Positions 8,353-14,302 of a DNA stretch of 20,232 bases are shown piece by piece. This stretch comes from Candidatus Sumerlaeia bacterium. GTDB taxonomy: Bacteria; Sumerlaeota; Sumerlaeia; SLMS01. Below the pieces are notes generated by a model. That model had not been told where the DNA came from and made no database searches. It saw nothing but the letters and a program-made list of their open reading frames with translations. The position numbers and the translations under genes were made by a program. The stretch covers positions 1 to 20,232 of the forward strand of contig JBBQYG010000059.1 of NCBI GenBank assembly GCA_038208905.1, in the 5' to 3' direction. How positions within the stretch are numbered: the stretch's first letter is position 1; each line of letters begins with the position of its first letter.

Positions 8353-9711
8353 ATGCCCCTACGCCTCCTCCTGGTCGATGATCAGCCGGAAATCCTCGAG
8401 GGCCTGAAGATGGCATTCAAGCGCACCGAGCACGAGATCTTTGCCGCGCCCAGCGGCGAGCAGGCGATCCAGATCCTCAACTCGGAGGCCATCGACGTCG
8501 TCCTGACCGACCTCATGATGGAGGGCATCGACGGCCTCGCGGTGCTGCGCCACGCTCGCCACCTCGCCCAGCCCCCGTCCGTCGTAATCCTCACGGCTCA
8601 TGGCTCGATCGAGGGCGCCGTGGACGCGCTGAAGGAGGGCGCCTTCCACTACCTTACCAAGCCCGTGAACATCAAGGAGTTGCGCGCGCTGGTGGATAAG
8701 GCTGCGGAGCACCTCAACCTTGTCCGCGAGAATATCAGCCTGCGCGAGCAGATGGACAAGCGCTACGGCCTGGAGGGAATGATCGGCGACACCAGCGAGA
8801 TGCAGCAGATCTACGATAAGCTGCGCCTGATCGCCCCCACCAAGGCCAACGTCCTGATCCTTGGCGAGAGCGGCACTGGCAAGGAGGTGCTTGCCAAGGC
8901 CCTGCATCAGGCCAGCCCCCGCGCGCGGAAGCCCTTCGTGGCGGTCAACTGCGCCGCCTTGCCGGAGTCGCTTCTGGAGAGCGAACTTTTCGGGCACGAG
9001 CGCGGCGCCTTCACCGGCGCCGTCAGCAAGCGCCAGGGGCGATTCGAACTCGCCGACGGAGGCACCATTTTCCTCGACGAGATCGGCGAGGTGCCTCTCT
9101 CCATGCAGGTGAAACTTCTCCGTGTCCTGGAGGCCCGCGAAATCCAGCGCGTCGGCGGATCGGAAACCGTCAAGGTGGACGTTCGCATCCTGGCCGCCAC
9201 GAATCGCGACCTGACCGACGACGTGGCCGAGGGGCGCTTCCGCGAGGACCTCTTCTACCGGCTCAATGTCGTCTCGCTGACGCTGCCGCCGCTCCGCCAC
9301 CGCCGCGCGGACATCCCGATGCTATCGCGCCACTTCCTCGCCGAATTCGCCCGCGAGAACGGGCGCGAAGCTCCCACGATATCCAAGGAGGCGATGGAAG
9401 TCATGACCGCCTACCACTGGCCCGGCAACGTGCGCGAGCTGCGTAACGTGCTCGAAAACACCTTTGTCTTCCTTCGCGGAAACACCATCATGCCAGAGAA
9501 CCTTCCCAAGGACCTCTCGAAATCGAGCGACGAGCCGAAGGACGGCTTCTTCTTTCCCTTGGGCAGGCCGCTGGAGGAGATCGAGACGGAGTACCTCCGC
9601 CGCACCCTCGCCCGCGAGGACGGCAACCGGACCAAGGCCGCCGATATCCTGAAGATCAGCCGCCGCACCCTGCAGCGACGCATCAAGGAGCTGGGGCTCG
9701 AATCGGGCTGA
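8353..9711 (+). CDS. Sigma54-dependent response regulator (REC + AAA+ + Fis-type HTH; NtrC/AtoC family)
   Basis: LLVDD...LTDLMM...TKP receiver; GESGTGKE; ESELFGHERGAFTGA; FLDEIGE; AATNRDL; FREDLFYRLNV; WPGNVREL; GNRTKAADILKISRRTL. Confidence 0.97.
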   Translation: MPLRLLLVDDQPEILEGLKMAFKRTEHEIFAAPSGEQAIQILNSEAIDVVLTDLMMEGIDGLAVLRHARHLAQPPSVVILTAHGSIEGAVDALKEGAFHYLTKPVNIKELRALVDKAAEHLNLVRENISLREQMDKRYGLEGMIGDTSEMQQIYDKLRLIAPTKANVLILGESGTGKEVLAKALHQASPRARKPFVAVNCAALPESLLESELFGHERGAFTGAVSKRQGRFELADGGTIFLDEIGEVPLSMQVKLLRVLEAREIQRVGGSETVKVDVRILAATNRDLTDDVAEGRFREDLFYRLNVVSLTLPPLRHRRADIPMLSRHFLAEFARENGREAPTISKEAMEVMTAYHWPGNVRELRNVLENTFVFLRGNTIMPENLPKDLSKSSDEPKDGFFFPLGRPLEEIETEYLRRTLAREDGNRTKAADILKISRRTLQRRIKELGLESG

Positions 9712-9715
9712 GCAT

Positions 9716-10843
9716 CTATCGCGCCGACGACATCCCTTGTCTATACAGGGCGTCGGTGCGCGAGACCAGCGCATCCAGGCTGAAATCCATCGCGCGGGAG
9801 CGGCACGCGGGCGCCATCGCGGCCAGCCCGTCCACGCCCAGAGCCAACGCCTCGCGAAGGTGGGCGGCCAGCGTCTCCACATCGCCGGCTCCGTGGACCC
9901 AGCCGACATCCGGGCGGTCCACCGCCTCGCGATTCCCGCCCACGTCGCTCGCGATGGCGGGCTTCCCACAGGCCAAGGCCTCCACCAGCGCGTTGGAAAA
10001 GCCCTCCTTGAAACTCGCCAACGCAATCGCGTCGCTCGCATTGTAGAGTGCCGCCATGTCGTCCCGCGCGCCCAGAAGCCGGATGTCCACACCGGGCATC
10101 GCAGCGACGCGCACGCGGACTTCCTCCTCCAGCTTTCCCGCACCGGCGAAGAGCAACACCGGCGGCGGCCCCGGCCATCCCTCGATGGCCTTTGCATAGG
10201 CCTCCAGCATTCCACGGGGATTCTTCTGGGGATGAAGACGCGCGGGAACCAGGATCGCGACGCTCGCGGGGGCGATCCCCAGCTCGTTCCGCGTGGCGCC
10301 GCGGAGGGCCGCGTTGGGCTGAAAGGCGTCCGTGTCGATCCCGTTGTACAGGAGCGGCACGCGCTCCGCGGGAAGGCCAAGGCGCTTCATGACGTCGGCC
10401 TGCACGGCGCCCGAAACCGCAATGGTGCCCGTACGCCAGCGCGAAACCGCGCGATCCATCATCGCCTGGCGTGGCGTGTCCCAGCTATCTACGTTGTGGA
10501 TCTGGCCGAAGATCGTCTTCACGCCCGCGAGGCGGGCCGCGATGGTGCCGGGAATGTTGGATCGATACATGTGGGAATGAACCACATCGGGCGCGATTTC
10601 GCGCAGCCGCCGCCGCAGCGCGGCGATTCCCGGAGGAGAGAGCCGCGTGCGCAGCGTGATCACCTCCACTGGGATTCCTTTCGCGCGCAGGTCGTTGGCC
10701 AGCGGCCCCTCTTCGCGCAGGCAGATCACCCGCATGTCCCACCCGGCATCCGCAAGGCGGGGCACCACGGCGGAAAGGCGGCGCTCGATCCCACCCACGG
10801 GTAGCCAGGTGATCAGGCGGACGGCGATGGGACGACGCGTCAT
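9716..10843 (-). CDS. Glycosyltransferase family 4
   Basis: GGIER, VVHSH, LYNGID, RLHPQKN, EGFSNALVEA (EX7E) and SDVGGNRE motifs. The ATG overlaps the upstream stop (ATGA). Confidence 0.95.
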   Translation of the reverse strand: MTRRPIAVRLITWLPVGGIERRLSAVVPRLADAGWDMRVICLREEGPLANDLRAKGIPVEVITLRTRLSPPGIAALRRRLREIAPDVVHSHMYRSNIPGTIAARLAGVKTIFGQIHNVDSWDTPRQAMMDRAVSRWRTGTIAVSGAVQADVMKRLGLPAERVPLLYNGIDTDAFQPNAALRGATRNELGIAPASVAILVPARLHPQKNPRGMLEAYAKAIEGWPGPPPVLLFAGAGKLEEEVRVRVAAMPGVDIRLLGARDDMAALYNASDAIALASFKEGFSNALVEALACGKPAIASDVGGNREAVDRPDVGWVHGAGDVETLAAHLREALALGVDGLAAMAPACRSRAMDFSLDALVSRTDALYRQGMSSAR

Positions 10844-11628
10844 TCGGGAGGCTCCGGAATCATCAGCGGATTGAACCAGGGGACGAGGCGGGGAGCGAGC
10901 CCCGATTCGCCACCGTGGATCTCCACCTCGTCCAGCTCGCCGCCTGGGGCTGCGCTTGGCCACTCGATCAAGACCGGCCCGGAAAACTCGGACAAGGCGC
11001 CGAGTCGAGAGGCCATTGGGGCCGGAACATAGCCCGAAGTGGACGTGTATCGCGCCCGGCCCCTGATCGACGGCATCGGCCCCCCTTCGGTGGCGAAGGG
11101 TGGCAGGCTGGGCTCACTGGACAGGATCAGCATTTCGCCAGTGATCCAGAACACCCCAAGCGAACCGGCGGAACGCGGCGCATTGGGAGAATCGAAAAGG
11201 CCGGTCGTCTCGATAACTTCTCTCAGGCGGTGTACGCGAAACCGTTGGGGGCGCTCGATGGGGACATAGGCCAGCCAGCGATCCTCGCCGCTCGCCTCGT
11301 CGTTCCAGAAGAACACCTGCCCCGCGGGTGCGAGCGTCTCCCGGCAGGACTTCGCCGCGGCCCGCGCCTGCCTCTTCAAGGATTCCCCCGAGGAGGCGTG
11401 AGGAGCGAGGAACGCATCCTCCGCCAGCGATAGGGAGAAGCTCAGGGTACCCAGCGTTGGCTCGCGGAGCGCCATCATCATTGGCGGATTCTTCCGCGTT
11501 GCCGCGGCGCCCACCCAGGCAAACATCAGGAGCGCCCCCGCGAGCAATGCGGCGAAAGTCGATCCCCACGCCCACCGAATCCGGCGCAGGCGTTGTTCTT
11601 CGTCCGTGGGCGTCCGACGCTTGAGCAT
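10840..11628 (-). CDS. Hypothetical membrane-anchored protein (one N-terminal TM segment)
   Basis: Basic N-terminus followed by WAWGSTFAALLAGALLMFAWVGAAA; translationally coupled to the GT4 gene. Start placed at ATG 11628, since the longer ORF overlaps the pilin gene. Confidence 0.75.
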   Translation of the reverse strand: MLKRRTPTDEEQRLRRIRWAWGSTFAALLAGALLMFAWVGAAATRKNPPMMMALREPTLGTLSFSLSLAEDAFLAPHASSGESLKRQARAAAKSCRETLAPAGQVFFWNDEASGEDRWLAYVPIERPQRFRVHRLREVIETTGLFDSPNAPRSAGSLGVFWITGEMLILSSEPSLPPFATEGGPMPSIRGRARYTSTSGYVPAPMASRLGALSEFSGPVLIEWPSAAPGGELDEVEIHGGESGLAPRLVPWFNPLMIPEPPE

Positions 11629-11661
11629 AAAAAAGGAGACCGCCCCCGTGCGGAGGCGGTC
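11629..11661 (-). terminator. Intrinsic terminator after the pilin gene
   Basis: Minus-strand hairpin GACCGCCTCCG-CA-CGGGGGCGGTC followed by TCC and T6, 30 nt after the pilin stop. Confidence 0.65.
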
Positions 11662-11690
11662 AAGTGAGACAGGGTCTTGGAACGCGAAGC

Positions 11691-12356
11691 TTACTGCTTC
11701 ACGCGCCACGTGTCGCCGTCGGAGATGGTGCCGTTGGAGGGATCGTAGGTGAACGAGCCGTTGGCGGCGCCGCCAGCGAGGAGGGTGATCGAGGGCTGGG
11801 CAACGCTGCCGTTGTAGGCAGATTCCGTCGTGGGCAGGCCCGCGAAGGTGTTGTTGACCCACTTGCCAGCGCCGCCCTTGGCGCGGGGATTCGCCAGGTT
11901 CCACAGCATCTCGCCGCCGTCACGCTCGTCGACGTTCGGTCCGAAGGATCCAAGGACCCAGCCGCGCTGATCGGTCCAGTAACGGAAACCAATGCCACGC
12001 GTATCCGCGAACGGATCGGGGAAGTTCGACGTCACATAGGCGATCGGCGTCGTGATGGTCAGCAGGCGCGACAGGTTGCGGGCGCGGAACGTAGAGCCAA
12101 CCGTGCCGGGAACCGCGCTGTAAAGGCCAGCGTCCAGCGTAAGGGAACCAGTCACCGTCGAGGCCGGGTACGTATTGTTATCGATGTAGTACGTTTCGAT
12201 GGCCGTTGCGAGTGAACGATGGTCAGACTTGACGCGAGACACCTTGGAGCGCGTCTGCGCCTCCAGGAAGTTGGGAACCGCGATAGCCGCGAGGATCGCG
12301 ATGATCGCAACGACGATCAGCAGTTCGATGAGGGTAAAGCCGCGTAGTTTAGTCAC
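11691..12356 (-). CDS. Type IV pilin-like protein (prepilin N-terminal cleavage/methylation domain)
   Basis: MTKLRG|FTLIELLIVVAIIAILAAIAVPNF class III signal with E5; later DPF, S.GP and YDPSNGT.S.GD motifs. GTG 12356 with AAGGGG Shine-Dalgarno. Confidence 0.95.
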   Translation of the reverse strand: MTKLRGFTLIELLIVVAIIAILAAIAVPNFLEAQTRSKVSRVKSDHRSLATAIETYYIDNNTYPASTVTGSLTLDAGLYSAVPGTVGSTFRARNLSRLLTITTPIAYVTSNFPDPFADTRGIGFRYWTDQRGWVLGSFGPNVDERDGGEMLWNLANPRAKGGAGKWVNNTFAGLPTTESAYNGSVAQPSITLLAGGAANGSFTYDPSNGTISDGDTWRVKQ

Positions 12357-12419
12357 TGCGCTACCCCTTTCAGGTTTGGAATGGGTGCCCGCTACGGGGC
12401 AGCCTTGCACGGTCTGGAC

Positions 12420-12471
12420 ACGCTGGGGACCCCACCTATCATGGGTCAAGCTCAAACGGAGGAAAAAAAAA
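12420..12471 (-). promoter_or_regulatory. Candidate pilin promoter with upstream T9 tract
   Basis: TTGACC (12449-12444)-N18-CAGCGT (12425-12420); T9 run (12471-12463) in an UP-element position. The -10 match is weak. Confidence 0.35.
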
Positions 12472-12478
12472 CGGTTTT

Positions 12479-12682
12479 CTAGACCACCCAACCTTGGACC
12501 ACGGTCAAAACCACCACAATCACTCCCAGCGCGCCCAAAAGTAGTAAAAATTTACCCCATCTTCTGAAAGTTTTCCCTATCAGAGACGGCGCGTAACCAA
12601 AGTCAATCAGTGAAATCACGAATGAGAGAAGTAAGGTTAAGTATATCATCGAGACGAGAAACATCAGGCCCGCGGAATTCAT
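12479..12682 (-). CDS. Small 67-aa two-TM membrane protein
   Basis: MNSAGLMFLVSMIYLTLLLSFVISLI...KTFRRWGKFLLLLGALGVIVVVLTVVQGWVV; GGAGG Shine-Dalgarno; TGATG overlap with the upstream stop. Confidence 0.8.
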   Translation of the reverse strand: MNSAGLMFLVSMIYLTLLLSFVISLIDFGYAPSLIGKTFRRWGKFLLLLGALGVIVVVLTVVQGWVV

Positions 12683-13170
12683 CAGGTCGCGACCTCCGCG
12701 CCGGGAGCCGGTGCCTGCGACAATTGCGGGTTTCCCGCCAGCAAATCCCACAGCCGCACCGTTGCGAAGTAGTTCAGTCCACCCGCCACCACCAGATGGA
12801 AGGCGCCCAAGTCCGCATAGGGCTTGCTGCCAAGCGCCGTCAGGTTGAAGTAGGCGGAGGTATCGCTCGCAGCGGCCCGCTGCAAACCCTGCAACCCCAG
12901 CCATCCTCCGCCGTGGAAGGCCTGGGAAAGGTAGGTAAGTATCCCCACCAGATTGAAGTTTGGTGTGAAGGGCGCCCAGCTAACGGGCGCCAAAATATAG
13001 CCCCCCATCAGAATCCCGATTGCAAAGCACAGGTTGATCAGGATGAACAGGGTGGCGCCGCGCGCCATATCGCGCGACAGGATGTATCCCAGCCCCGGTA
13101 TGAGCCAATTCGCGGTACAGAGCGCGAGGGCCACCGGGGGCGAGCGGCGGAGAAGGGGTTCTTGTGGCAA
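12682..13170 (-). CDS. DUF6677-like membrane protein
   Basis: NWLIPGLGY.L.....RG...F......F.IG..MGG and DLGAFHLVVAGGLNY.....D resemble the WLIPG.GH / G..F..VAGLLN family pattern. TTG start is uncertain. Confidence 0.75.
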   Translation of the reverse strand: MPQEPLLRRSPPVALALCTANWLIPGLGYILSRDMARGATLFILINLCFAIGILMGGYILAPVSWAPFTPNFNLVGILTYLSQAFHGGGWLGLQGLQRAAASDTSAYFNLTALGSKPYADLGAFHLVVAGGLNYFATVRLWDLLAGNPQLSQAPAPGAEVAT

Positions 13171-13271
13171 CGAGATCGGGATTCTTTCGGGCGTTGTATA
13201 AAGCCGCGTCGTGGATAAGACCTGCTATCGGCGCGCGGGTTTGCACGGTCAACGCCAAACCCCTCGCCGCG

Positions 13272-14219
13272 ATGCTCGCCATCGCCGCCACCTCGGCGTC
13301 GGGCGCCACGCTTTCGCCCCCACACCCGATGCCCGGCGGCGCCCGCCGCATGACGTGGGATGGGCCCAGTCAGACGCTTGTTTGCGCGATGGCGCTTCAC
13401 GGGACCACCTTTATTCGGATGGCCGACACCGCCATTGTGGACGAATCGTGGCATCCCCAGTGGACCACCCTGCACGTGATTGCGCTCGGTGGGGGGCGCT
13501 ACCTCCTCGCCGACCGGTCCGGCGTCCTCCGCCTCGTGGAACGCGACGCCGCAACGACCGACTTCGCGGAGGTCGCCGCCTGGCCTTGCGACGGAGTTCC
13601 CACCCACTTGGTCTGGCGCGAGGGTGTCCTCCACGTCGCCGCGGGCGGAGCCGGCGTCCTTGTCTTCGACTGGGACGGCACCTCCACCAAGCCGCGACTC
13701 CGGGCGCGGTTTCCCTTCGTGGACTTTTCCAAGGAGATCGCCTTCCTTGGTCCCTCGACCTTCGCCGTGGCGGACAATCAGGAAACCGGCTATCAATTGA
13801 TTTCCCTCAGCGATATCCAGCGCCCGCGCCTCCTCGCCCGCGAAAGCCACAGCTTCGTCGATGGCGTTTCCACCTATGGAAACCGGATGGCCATCACGGC
13901 CCGGGGGCTGGGAACCTTGGTCTTCGATGTGGGGGAGCCAACGACCCCCCGCCTTGCGGCAACCGTCCCCCTTCGCGGGAACACACCCCTGCCCACTGCT
14001 CGATTCTGCGCCTTTTCCCCCGAGGGCCGACTTCTCGTCTGTCACGATGGCGAAGGAGCCGTCCTCAAGACCCTCGACGAAAACGGCCAGGAGCTGGACC
14101 TTATTGACCGCCTTAGCGTTGTCGTGGAGAACGAATCGTTCCTGAGCGCGGCGTTCCTTCCCGGGGGCGTCATCGCGCTATCCTCCATGACGGGAAACCT
14201 GTACTTTGCCGAGCCCTGA
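13272..14219 (+). CDS. Secreted LVIVD-repeat-like beta-propeller protein
   Basis: Repeats LHVAAGGAGVLVFDWD...KPRL, AVAD..TGYQLISLSDIQRPRLL and AITARGLGTLVFDVGEPTTPRLAATV; Ala-rich signal-like N-terminus. Start uncertain (ORF open from 13164). Confidence 0.8.
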   Translation: MLAIAATSASGATLSPPHPMPGGARRMTWDGPSQTLVCAMALHGTTFIRMADTAIVDESWHPQWTTLHVIALGGGRYLLADRSGVLRLVERDAATTDFAEVAAWPCDGVPTHLVWREGVLHVAAGGAGVLVFDWDGTSTKPRLRARFPFVDFSKEIAFLGPSTFAVADNQETGYQLISLSDIQRPRLLARESHSFVDGVSTYGNRMAITARGLGTLVFDVGEPTTPRLAATVPLRGNTPLPTARFCAFSPEGRLLVCHDGEGAVLKTLDENGQELDLIDRLSVVVENESFLSAAFLPGGVIALSSMTGNLYFAEP

Positions 14220-14302
14220 CCCCGGATTGGCTTCCCGCTTGCGTTTGTTGTGGCCGTGCAACACCGCAGCCCCCCGCGGTTGATTCGAGAGACGACGAAA
14301 CA

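Noticed and set aside
8353-12449. The sigma54 activator as a PilR controlling the nearby pilin
   Set aside because: No -24/-12 motif was found upstream of the pilin and no PilS-like kinase is present.
12463-12471. A9/T9 tract as a phase-variation switch
   Set aside because: It lies upstream of the candidate -35, not in the spacer or coding sequence; an UP element is the simpler explanation without read-level length variation.
13229-13245. Sigma54-like site CGGCGCGCGGGTTTGCA upstream of the LVIVD gene
   Set aside because: Spacing is GG-N11-GC; sigma54 requires N10.
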